A stretch of DNA of 64,000 nt, from the IMG/VR virus record IMGVR_UViG_3300040959_000809; one strand, written 5' to 3'. The notes beneath the pieces were generated by a model. That model ran no database searches, was not told where the DNA came from, and saw only the letters and a list, made by a program, of their open reading frames with translations. The position numbers and the translations under genes were made by a program. Positions 26,038-33,687 of the stretch are shown here, piece by piece; within the stretch, counting starts at the first letter, position 1, and each line of letters opens with the position of its first letter. The DNA is from a virus.

Positions 26038-26603
26038 ATATTTTTGTAACTGATATGTGCCCCGTTATTTCAGCACAAAGTGTCTGTGATAAACACTCTT
26101 CAAAAATGGTTGTTGAGTCAGGCCAGATGCTATCAACAGCACATCGAATGTTGGACGGGCAGATGGAATTGCGTAGATCTAAATCTGGTAAGCGTATGGT
26201 AAAATACTTTGTCCATCCCAACAGCAACCTCGAAGCCGTTCTTTATAAGGCTGTTCATCACTATCATCCCTGTACTGTATGGTCTATGGAATCAAAGGAA
26301 AACTATATTTGGCATTACAAACACTTTGTTGCTCTTGCTGAGGAGTTTGAGTTTAGATACGGAAAGAACCACATGACTATAAATAAACTTCGTGAGGTTC
26401 TTAAAGCACCTCCAAGCAATATTCCTAGTTTGGGCCTCACTGAATTCCCTCAGGCTATGAGCCACTTTCCAGATTGTAAAGTAGAAGGTAATCCAGTACA
26501 AGCCTATAGGAACTACTATCACATGGCCAAACCTTTTGCCAAATGGGAAAAAGGCAGGTCGGCACCCAATTGGTGGGAAGGTTATAAAGGGTTAAATGGC
26601 TAA
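26034..26603 (+). CDS. Pyrimidine-dimer DNA glycosylase / endonuclease V-like protein
   Basis: MNIF..D.CP..SAQ..CDKH..KMVVESGQMLSTAH, HPCTVW, P.QAYRNYY. Confidence 0.7.
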   Translation: MNIFVTDMCPVISAQSVCDKHSSKMVVESGQMLSTAHRMLDGQMELRRSKSGKRMVKYFVHPNSNLEAVLYKAVHHYHPCTVWSMESKENYIWHYKHFVALAEEFEFRYGKNHMTINKLREVLKAPPSNIPSLGLTEFPQAMSHFPDCKVEGNPVQAYRNYYHMAKPFAKWEKGRSAPNWWEGYKGLNG

Positions 26604-26979
26604 AAAAACTAGGTACATACTCATAGATAATAAACTTGGTGTGTTTTTAGGATCTTATTCAATGCAGGATTTTGTAGAGCCAAAGGCTATTTTGGAAGGT
26701 AAAGTAAATATGCTCAAGGAAGATCCTAGATCGTATGCTTTATTTGCCAAACATAATCCATTTGGAGTAACAGATGCTGAATCATTTGACAGTAAAGAAG
26801 AAGCTGAACAATTTATCCGTGATGCTTTTTTCGATGTAAAGGGCGTAGGGCTAAGTGCTCAGCCGGTCGATACTGACCTTGATGATCCAGATCTAATTGA
26901 TATTATAAAAGCAGGTTATGGCGATCATACATTTGATATGCTAGAAGGATTGGAAACTTATAATGACACAATACACTAA
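26596..26979 (+). CDS. Hypothetical protein
   Basis: 127-aa ORF, coupled to neighbours. Confidence 0.6.
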   Translation: MAKKTRYILIDNKLGVFLGSYSMQDFVEPKAILEGKVNMLKEDPRSYALFAKHNPFGVTDAESFDSKEEAEQFIRDAFFDVKGVGLSAQPVDTDLDDPDLIDIIKAGYGDHTFDMLEGLETYNDTIH

Positions 26980-27302
26980 TGAGTCTTGAGCAGTTCTTTG
27001 ATGAGTCAGATGCTCCAGCAAAAACACCTTGGGGTTCGACCAAGGAAAAGGAAATTCGACTTCGCACAAAACTTTGTGTAGCAGCATATGCTTATGAAAT
27101 TGATAATAACAGCGTTATGTCAGATGCTGAATTTGATGAAAAATGCCAACTAGTAAATCTTGATATTAAGACAGGAAATAGAAAACTAGATAACTGGTTT
27201 AAAAAACACTTTGATCCTTCCACGGGCCAATGGATTCACACACACCCAGAAAAACATAAGATAAAGTATGTGTATGAAAAATGGTATAAGGAGAAGGAAT
27301 GA
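26979..27302 (+). CDS. Stand-alone domain resembling domain Ia of NAD+-dependent DNA ligase
   Basis: AAYAYEIDNNSVMSDAEFDEK parallels LigA YYVLDDPxISDAEYD; no ligase core follows. Confidence 0.55.
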   Translation: MSLEQFFDESDAPAKTPWGSTKEKEIRLRTKLCVAAYAYEIDNNSVMSDAEFDEKCQLVNLDIKTGNRKLDNWFKKHFDPSTGQWIHTHPEKHKIKYVYEKWYKEKE

Positions 27303-27551
27303 ATGTTTACTATAGAAATGGAGGACGATGAGACATTAATCACCATAATGGATGATACTGGTGAGCTCGACGATATTGGAGTTCTCTTATATGAAGATTA
27401 TTGCCATATTAGGCAATGGAACGAAAAGTCTCAAATGTTCGATGTAGTTACTCTTAAGCCGGAAATGTATGTAAAACTGATGAAAGCATGGAAGCTACCA
27501 GTAGGATCGTACATAATGGAGGAAGTGGACATTAATTACAAAAAAAGTTAA
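27303..27551 (+). CDS. Hypothetical protein
   Basis: 82-aa acidic ORF. Confidence 0.6.
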   Translation: MFTIEMEDDETLITIMDDTGELDDIGVLLYEDYCHIRQWNEKSQMFDVVTLKPEMYVKLMKAWKLPVGSYIMEEVDINYKKS

Positions 27552-27598
27552 AATAAATGTAAAAAAATGGTTGACATTTACTCTAGATGGTGTATATT
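27551..27598 (+). promoter_or_regulatory. Early promoter cassette
   Basis: AAATAAATGTAAAAAAATGG-TTGACA-16 nt-TATATT. Confidence 0.8.
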
Positions 27599-27636
27599 AG
27601 TTATATAAGGTTTAAAACACACACAGGAGATAAACC

Positions 27637-28017
27637 ATGGGTACTTCATCAATGATCGCAAACCACAACGAAGACGGAACTGTAACAGCTACATATTGTC
27701 ATTACGACGGTTATCTTTCGTACAACGGAAAAATGCTTGTTGAGAACTACAACACACCCGAAAAGGCAAAAGCTGTTGCCGAAGCAGGTTATCTTTCAAG
27801 CCTTAAGGCTAATCTGTACGAATCTGTAGTTGATTCCGTTCATAATGATCCTTCCGTTCAATACGATTCCCCTCAGCATTTCTTTGACGAAGCTGCAGAT
27901 TACTGTGGCGCTGAATATCTATACTTGTTTGATGGAGAGGCATGGTTTGTCCGTGAGGTTTATGGTAAGGCTGGTTACGAGGAAGTTGAAATGAACCTTG
28001 CTGCAAACGCGGCATAA
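27637..28017 (+). CDS. Conserved-looking early hypothetical protein
   Basis: MGTSS.I....DG.V...YCHYDGY motif; strong SD ACACACAGGAGA. Confidence 0.75.
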   Translation: MGTSSMIANHNEDGTVTATYCHYDGYLSYNGKMLVENYNTPEKAKAVAEAGYLSSLKANLYESVVDSVHNDPSVQYDSPQHFFDEAADYCGAEYLYLFDGEAWFVREVYGKAGYEEVEMNLAANAA

Positions 28018-28030
28018 TTTTTAAAAAATA

Positions 28031-28074
28031 AAAGCAAAAAAATGGTTGACATTTGCTTTTAAATGATATATATT
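28031..28074 (+). promoter_or_regulatory. Early promoter cassette
   Basis: AAAGCAAAAAAATGG-TTGACA-17 nt-TATATT. Confidence 0.8.
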
Positions 28075-28112
28075 ACTTATATGATGATTAATAAACTTGA
28101 GGAGATTACATC

Positions 28113-29066
28113 ATGGCACATAATCTTGAAATTATAGCTGGCCAGGCTCAAATGGCATACCGTGAATCAAAAGGCAAGCCTTGGCACGGTCTTGGCACCC
28201 CCGTACACGACTTTATGACTCCACAAATGATGATGGAAGCAGCTGGTCTTGACTGGGAAGTCGAAAAGGTTGACACATTTATTCGCTATAAAGGGGATAA
28301 TGTTGCGACTGGTACACAAGCTCTCGTACGCTCAAGCGATAGTAAAATCCTAACCCAGGTTGGTCCTGGATGGAATCCGGTTCAAAATGCAGAGGCGTTT
28401 GACTTCTTTACAGAGTTTGTTTCAAATGGTGACATGATCATGGATACAGCTGGCTCCCTAAAGGACGGGCAAATTGTCTGGGCCCTAGCTGATGTTCGTG
28501 ATGGATTTTCACTGTTTAACGGTGACGACGTAAAGGGCTACCTTTTGTTTTCAAACCCACACCAATACGGAAAATCAATCGACATTAAGTTCGTAATGGA
28601 ACGTGTCGTTTGCAATAACACTTTGACTGTGGCATTAAACGAAAAAGGAATGCCTGGTGTTCGGGTTAACCACCGTTCTGAATTTAATCCTCAGCGTGTA
28701 AAGGAGATTCTTGGTCTCTCTCACACACGGATTGGTCAGTTCGAAGAGGCTGCAAACTTCCTTGGCTCTAAGCAATACAACAAATTCGACCTTCAAAAAT
28801 TCCTTGCTGAAGTGTTTGGTGAGTCAAAAAAGGAAGGCAAGGAATTGTCTCGCACAGCACAACGTGCTATGGATATTGTAGAGTCACAGCCCGGCGCACA
28901 CTTCCGTCCAGGCTCATGGTGGAATGCATATAATGCAGTCACCTATATGACTGATCACGAGCTTGGCCGTTCAGCCGATACTCGGATGACATCTGCATGG
29001 TTTGGTACAAATGCCAAGCGTAAGGTTGATGCTCTAAATGTCGCCCTGGAAATGGCAGACGCATAA
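28113..29066 (+). CDS. DUF932/DUF945 family protein (phage/plasmid TIGR03299-like)
   Basis: MAH.LE, PWHGLG, AGLDWEV, PVQNAEAF, TAGSLKDG, RVVCNNTL, WWNAYNAVT. Confidence 0.9.
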   Translation: MAHNLEIIAGQAQMAYRESKGKPWHGLGTPVHDFMTPQMMMEAAGLDWEVEKVDTFIRYKGDNVATGTQALVRSSDSKILTQVGPGWNPVQNAEAFDFFTEFVSNGDMIMDTAGSLKDGQIVWALADVRDGFSLFNGDDVKGYLLFSNPHQYGKSIDIKFVMERVVCNNTLTVALNEKGMPGVRVNHRSEFNPQRVKEILGLSHTRIGQFEEAANFLGSKQYNKFDLQKFLAEVFGESKKEGKELSRTAQRAMDIVESQPGAHFRPGSWWNAYNAVTYMTDHELGRSADTRMTSAWFGTNAKRKVDALNVALEMADA

Positions 29067-29071
29067 TAGGA

Positions 29072-29115
29072 TAGGTTTTATGGTCTTTTCCCTGAATAAA
29101 AGACCCTCTAACCTA
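29072..29115 (+). other. Interrupted intergenic hairpin
   Basis: TAGGTT...GGTCTTTT-ccctgaat-AAAAGACC...AACCTA. Confidence 0.5.
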
Positions 29116-29128
29116 GAAAGGGATACAT

Positions 29129-29254
29129 ATGATTGAAAGGTTTTTTAATAAGGTCGCAAAAATGGGACCTCGTGAAGTAATTTTTGTAGGCATATGGCTT
29201 GGTCTACTTCTTATTTTAATTGATACGGCAATGCCTGGCCGTGGCTTTTTTTAG
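29129..29254 (+). CDS. 41-aa membrane micro-protein
   Basis: Hand translation MIERFFNKVAKMGPREVIFVGIWLGLLLILIDTAMPGRGFF*; SD GAAAGGGA. Confidence 0.5.
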   Translation: MIERFFNKVAKMGPREVIFVGIWLGLLLILIDTAMPGRGFF

Positions 29255-29265
29255 AATAGATCAAC

Positions 29266-29505
29266 ATGGAGGAAGCACCAAAGGCAAAGTTAATCTTACT
29301 TACTGACATCATTGAACAGAAGCTTCGTAAGGAAAAGGAATTAGAGTTTTATCAGAAGGAACTTGAAAAGCTCCAGGAGAAAATGTATTGGCTCGGTCGT
29401 GAAATCTCCTTAAATGAAACCATCATTCGTGTGATTGAAAATGAACAAGTTATAGATATAAGGGAAGGTTTATCTAAGAAACTGTTAGAGAGGTCAGACG
29501 AATGA
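29266..29505 (+). CDS. Coiled-coil hypothetical protein
   Basis: 79-aa ORF. Confidence 0.6.
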   Translation: MEEAPKAKLILLTDIIEQKLRKEKELEFYQKELEKLQEKMYWLGREISLNETIIRVIENEQVIDIREGLSKKLLERSDE

Positions 29506-29771
29506 CATGGTTTTTAATAATATTGTTTGCATCGTGGGAAGAATATCCACTTTATGTGTTTACAGATCCTACATTTGGAAGCAAACAGGAATGTCTTGCA
29601 TCCGCTGCGGATAAAGAAGATGTAAAGAAATATGTTTATAAATTGTTAACAGAGTTTGGAAGACCAATGCCCATAGTAGGTGTTGGTTGTGTTAATGAGG
29701 ATGAATTGGAAACTATTTTAAATCAAATCAAGATTGATTTTCAAATAAAGGAACCAGGAATCGCAATATAA
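29502..29771 (+). CDS. Hypothetical protein with N-terminal hydrophobic segment
   Basis: ATGA overlap; two Cys. Confidence 0.55.
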   Translation: MTWFLIILFASWEEYPLYVFTDPTFGSKQECLASAADKEDVKKYVYKLLTEFGRPMPIVGVGCVNEDELETILNQIKIDFQIKEPGIAI

Positions 29772-30016
29772 TGATGACACCACTTGAAATTTCTGAATAT
29801 AAAAATAGATGGATGGCCTCTGGTGCAAACTGGAGGGTATCCGTTCATAGTGATCTTGCAGACCGGGCTAAAGCCTGGTGTAAACAACACCTTGATAAGC
29901 AGAGTTGGCATATAGTTCAATGGACTGATGTTTACGCACATACATTTTACTTTGAGGATCAGCTTCAAAGTCAAAATTTTGCCATGGAATTAAACCATAG
30001 ATTTAAAGGTACGTGA
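29771..30016 (+). CDS. Hypothetical protein
   Basis: 81-aa ORF, coupled. Confidence 0.55.
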   Translation: MMTPLEISEYKNRWMASGANWRVSVHSDLADRAKAWCKQHLDKQSWHIVQWTDVYAHTFYFEDQLQSQNFAMELNHRFKGT

Positions 30017-30303
30017 TGCAAGAATCATATCATAATTATATGCTTAGGCGTATTAGAGAAGATCGTCAAAAGGAGGAAAATATGGACGGCCCTTTTAAAG
30101 CAGCATTTGATTCTCACACCACTGGGGTGGTTCGCAGAGAGATTATCACATATCGCTATATAGATGGAATAATGGTTAAGGAAACCGCAACTCGTTCTTA
30201 TGGACGTGATGGGGATTACCACGATACTATTTCCACATTACCGTTGCCAGAGGATATGTCCGTGAAGACAACTGATCCACGGCAACTTGATTTATCTATT
30301 TAA
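30013..30303 (+). CDS. Hypothetical protein
   Basis: 96-aa ORF, coupled. Confidence 0.55.
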   Translation: MMQESYHNYMLRRIREDRQKEENMDGPFKAAFDSHTTGVVRREIITYRYIDGIMVKETATRSYGRDGDYHDTISTLPLPEDMSVKTTDPRQLDLSI

Positions 30304-30314
30304 TTAGAGGATTT

Positions 30315-30524
30315 ATGACATTACCTATAGAAAGAACGAATGCCGTTCTAAATACTGAAGCATTTCTTATAGACCTTTTAGACCCGAAGAAGACACCGAG
30401 AGTGCCGAAAGAGATTCGCCAGAGGGCAGCGAGTTGTTTGAGACATTATCCTTCTTGCTATAATATGGCGAACATAAAAGAAAGTTTTGAGGAGGTAGTA
30501 CAAGTGGGACCGAAGTATGACTGA
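30315..30524 (+). CDS. Hypothetical protein
   Basis: MTLP.ERT.AV....FL..LLDPKKTPRVPKEIRQRA...LRHYP motif; SD GAGGA. Confidence 0.65.
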   Translation: MTLPIERTNAVLNTEAFLIDLLDPKKTPRVPKEIRQRAASCLRHYPSCYNMANIKESFEEVVQVGPKYD

Positions 30525-30843
30525 ATACAATCCTGACAACTGGGTAATTATTAAGATGAAAGGTGATGATCCTCACTACCGTGTCCTAGGCGGATGGAGT
30601 GGTGGTTACTTGGATGGTGATAGTTGGCGAATGAACAGTGGTATCACTCGTGTTGATGATGCTGACGAAGACTGGTTCTTCTATGGTAGCTCTGGCTCTG
30701 TATATCGTTGTAATAAAGGTTCTTACACGTTAAGAATGAATAACGAATACGTTTGGGCACAACTACAAGAACTTCACGGCGATAAAGTTGAAATGATGCC
30801 AGAAGATACTGACTGGCTGAACATGGATTGGATTATCAAATGA
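30517..30843 (+). CDS. Hypothetical protein of a type seen in T4-like phages
   Basis: PDNWVIIK, GWSGGYLDGDSWRMNSGI. Confidence 0.75.
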   Translation: MTEYNPDNWVIIKMKGDDPHYRVLGGWSGGYLDGDSWRMNSGITRVDDADEDWFFYGSSGSVYRCNKGSYTLRMNNEYVWAQLQELHGDKVEMMPEDTDWLNMDWIIK

Positions 30844-30873
30844 AGTTTATTCAACACAAGGAAATGGCTAAGG

Positions 30874-31419
30874 ATGAAAGTTAAAATTGGCGGATACCCG
30901 AAATATTACTATTGGTTAGATAGATTGTTTGGTTGGAAACCTAAACAAAAGATAAGTGTTCGCATTGACCGTTATGACACGTGGAGCATGGATCACACCC
31001 TTGCTCCTATCATCTTGCCTATGCTTAAACAATTAAAAGAGACTAAGCACGGCGCTCCTAACGTGGATCCAAAGGATGTCCCAAAAGAACTGCGACCAAC
31101 CACTAAATGGAAAAAAGCATACGAGGGTGACGGCACAGCAGATCCTAAGTTCTTTGAACGTTGGGATTATGTTTTAGACGAAATGATTTGGGCATTTGAA
31201 CAAAAGTACCGTGATGATTGGGAAAGTGATTACTGCTCCGGCGAACACGATGTGTATTTTGAAATAATCACAGAAGGCGAGTACAAAGACCATAGCGAAA
31301 TGAAGCGTGGTCCTAAAGATACATTTGAAATAGACTGGGAAGGTCGTAAAGCACACCAAGAACGTATGTCAAACGGGTTTAGACTCTTTGGCAAATACTA
31401 CGAATCTCTTTGGGATTAA
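30874..31419 (+). CDS. Hypothetical protein of a type seen in T4-like phages
   Basis: DTWSMDHTLA, WDYVLDEMIWAF, GFRLFGKYYESLWD. Confidence 0.75.
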   Translation: MKVKIGGYPKYYYWLDRLFGWKPKQKISVRIDRYDTWSMDHTLAPIILPMLKQLKETKHGAPNVDPKDVPKELRPTTKWKKAYEGDGTADPKFFERWDYVLDEMIWAFEQKYRDDWESDYCSGEHDVYFEIITEGEYKDHSEMKRGPKDTFEIDWEGRKAHQERMSNGFRLFGKYYESLWD

Positions 31420-31440
31420 TAACAAAATAATTTAAAATAA

Positions 31441-31482
31441 TTACAAAAAAATGGTTGACATATGCTCATAGTATGATAGTAT
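31441..31482 (+). promoter_or_regulatory. Early promoter cassette
   Basis: ACAAAAAAATGG-TTGACA-16 nt-TAGTAT. Confidence 0.7.
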
Positions 31483-31513
31483 AGTTATATAAGGTGAAAA
31501 AAGGAACTATATT

Positions 31514-31768
31514 ATGAAAAACCATGTAACTGGCTACACATACTCAGGCAAAAACGCAGCTATCCTTGCAGCTGTTGGTGTGGACTCTGTCTGTACCTTC
31601 AAACAAGCTGTTCGTGAGATGGGTGTGCCTGGAAAGAACATGAAGGGCATCAAAGCTGTTGCTTCTCTGTTCCGTTTCTCTAAGGAATTGGATGATGAAG
31701 GCAATCGCAAGATGATCTGGTATTCAGTGTTTGATGCAAAGGCTGTCCTCGCTCGGAAGGCAGTCTAA
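31514..31768 (+). CDS. ArdC N-terminal-like (ssDNA-binding) small protein
   Basis: N.VTG..YSGKN...L, TFKQA...G...KG.KA pattern of the ArdC N-domain. Confidence 0.55.
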   Translation: MKNHVTGYTYSGKNAAILAAVGVDSVCTFKQAVREMGVPGKNMKGIKAVASLFRFSKELDDEGNRKMIWYSVFDAKAVLARKAV

Positions 31769-31777
31769 AAAAGTTTG

Positions 31778-31826
31778 AAATAAATGCAAATAAATGGTTG
31801 ACATTTGCTCAAGATGGTATATATTA
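31778..31826 (+). promoter_or_regulatory. Early promoter cassette, copy B
   Basis: 48/49 identical to 25141-25189. Confidence 0.85.
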
Positions 31827-31857
31827 ATACTATAAGGTGAAAACAAAGGAATACACT

Positions 31858-32232
31858 ATGAAATATCAAATCTTCCAAATCCGTACTACCGAAGCTGAAG
31901 TCGATTTAATCAACAAAACTGGCGATTTCAATGCTGTGCCAAAGTTTGCAGCAAAACGTGATCTTGATTTTGCTCAAATGCGCGGTACTACAATCGAGGC
32001 TCTTGCCAAGGAATTTTTTGATAAAGGTTATTACACCCACGTTGCTAACATTACAGGTTCTGATTTGGAAAATGTATTTCATATCGGTAACATGGGTCCT
32101 GAAGAAAACATTGAGCGGTTGGATCGTATGCATTCAATTTCAGTTGGTGATCTTGTACTTGACGAGAACAACATTCTTTGGGTTGTTGCTAATTTTGGAT
32201 TTAATGAAGTCTGTGACCTGGAGGTAGCATAA
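31858..32232 (+). CDS. YodL-like domain protein
   Basis: MKYQIFQI N-terminus, HSISVGDLV...VVANFGF C-terminus. Confidence 0.5.
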   Translation: MKYQIFQIRTTEAEVDLINKTGDFNAVPKFAAKRDLDFAQMRGTTIEALAKEFFDKGYYTHVANITGSDLENVFHIGNMGPEENIERLDRMHSISVGDLVLDENNILWVVANFGFNEVCDLEVA

Positions 32233-32771
32233 TGTCTGCTCTTATCAATCATCTTAATGAACTTAATGCCAAGGCACAAGCCTGGATGGATGCAGAGGAA
32301 GGTCGTTGGACTGGATTCTACATCACTGATCCAGAGCATTGGGCCAACATGGATATTCATACTGTTGAGGATTTCAAGCGGCACGAGCTGCAGTCCTTTA
32401 TCTGGGACGCGTATAAGGATGCGTATGGCATCCGCCCTCGTTTCATGGATTTTGAATCCATGTCAATGGAAGAGTTGCAGAAGGAGGCCGACCGGGTCGC
32501 TGAGGCTGCTCGTGAACAATATGAGCTTGAAGTAGCCCAAGCCGAGGCCGATCTTCGTGAGTTCAAAGAATTGGTCCAAAAGACCATCGACACGGGAGCA
32601 GCTGATGAAAAAACTGCTCTTCGTTGGTTGACCACAGCTGAAACATTCTATCATGGACAGTGTGTTGAGGCGTGGGTGTACGATCAGGGCATCCTATTTA
32701 CAGACTACGGTCGTGAATTGGTAAAGCGGCTGATGAATATTGTTCATTTTGAGGATATGGAGTTAGTATGA
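32232..32771 (+). CDS. Hypothetical early protein
   Basis: 179 aa; WDAYKDAYGIRPRF motif. Confidence 0.75.
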   Translation: MSALINHLNELNAKAQAWMDAEEGRWTGFYITDPEHWANMDIHTVEDFKRHELQSFIWDAYKDAYGIRPRFMDFESMSMEELQKEADRVAEAAREQYELEVAQAEADLREFKELVQKTIDTGAADEKTALRWLTTAETFYHGQCVEAWVYDQGILFTDYGRELVKRLMNIVHFEDMELV

Positions 32772-33034
32772 ATATAAATGATTTTAGATTTACCCCTGTA
32801 GATGTAGAGCCTTTTTATGAAATGCCAGAGCTCACCAGAGTCAATACTGGGATTGATGACTTTGATGTAAAGGAATTTCGGTTCTATCTATCTGATAAAG
32901 TGGATGATGATGCAAATAACTTGTACCAAGGTGCTCGTTTGTTACGCCGTCGATTTGGTTTAAATAAAGAAGAAGCAATGGAACAATTTAAAAATTGGCT
33001 CAAAGCAGAGGATAGCAAATATGACCTTTCTTAA
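32768..33034 (+). CDS. Hypothetical protein
   Basis: 88-aa ORF, ATGA overlap. Confidence 0.55.
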   Translation: MNINDFRFTPVDVEPFYEMPELTRVNTGIDDFDVKEFRFYLSDKVDDDANNLYQGARLLRRRFGLNKEEAMEQFKNWLKAEDSKYDLS

Positions 33035-33239
33035 TAAAAGTAATTTGTATTCAGTAATTTCAGTGCTGATTGTCGTGTCGTTATTTGGTTTTATTGCATA
33101 CGCTATGGCATTTGCTACAACATTACCAGACGTATATTTCAGCTATGCCACTGGCGAATGTGTAAAGGTAGTTAATTATGGGACCGAATATGCTTGTGAT
33201 GCTCTTCCCACTAAATTTATTCATATATGGGTAGAATGA
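33021..33239 (+). CDS. Small membrane-anchored protein
   Basis: N-terminal transmembrane helix; PDVYFSY.TGECVKV. Confidence 0.6.
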   Translation: MTFLNKSNLYSVISVLIVVSLFGFIAYAMAFATTLPDVYFSYATGECVKVVNYGTEYACDALPTKFIHIWVE

Positions 33240-33475
33240 TGGCACAATTATATAAAGTTGAGGACCTATTCCAGGAAGACCCTGAGAACCCAGATCAGCT
33301 CCTTTTCACTATTCCTGACGATATAACCAAGGCTTTGAATCTAGCTGAAGGTGATATCATCGAATGGGAGATCACTGGTAATGGTGTAACCTTTCGTAAA
33401 AAAGATGAGTCAAACAATGAATATGAAAGGGCTCGTGCTCAAAAAATTATTGACAACCCAGGCTTTGAGGTATAA
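33227..33475 (+). CDS. AbrB/MazE/SpoVT-like swapped-hairpin DNA-binding protein
   Basis: FTIPDDITKALNLAEGDIIEWEITGNGVTFRK. Confidence 0.65.
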   Translation: MGRMMAQLYKVEDLFQEDPENPDQLLFTIPDDITKALNLAEGDIIEWEITGNGVTFRKKDESNNEYERARAQKIIDNPGFEV

Positions 33476-33477
33476 CA

Positions 33478-33687
33478 ATGAGTGATAAGTATGGAATAAA
33501 AGCATACCAACCGGATGTTGGATGGGTATGGGTTACGGAAATTAAGCGCAAAGGGATTCTAAGAACTCGTACTGTTGTTCGTAGAGAATTTGATAGTCTT
33601 TCCGCTGCAGAATTGTGTTCTGCAGAAACTGCTGGTAAAACAGCAGTGGTTAAACTTGGATCCTCAGATGAAGGTATTTTTTCATGA
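33478..33687 (+). CDS. Hypothetical protein
   Basis: 69-aa ORF, SD GAGG. Confidence 0.5.
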   Translation: MSDKYGIKAYQPDVGWVWVTEIKRKGILRTRTVVRREFDSLSAAELCSAETAGKTAVVKLGSSDEGIFS

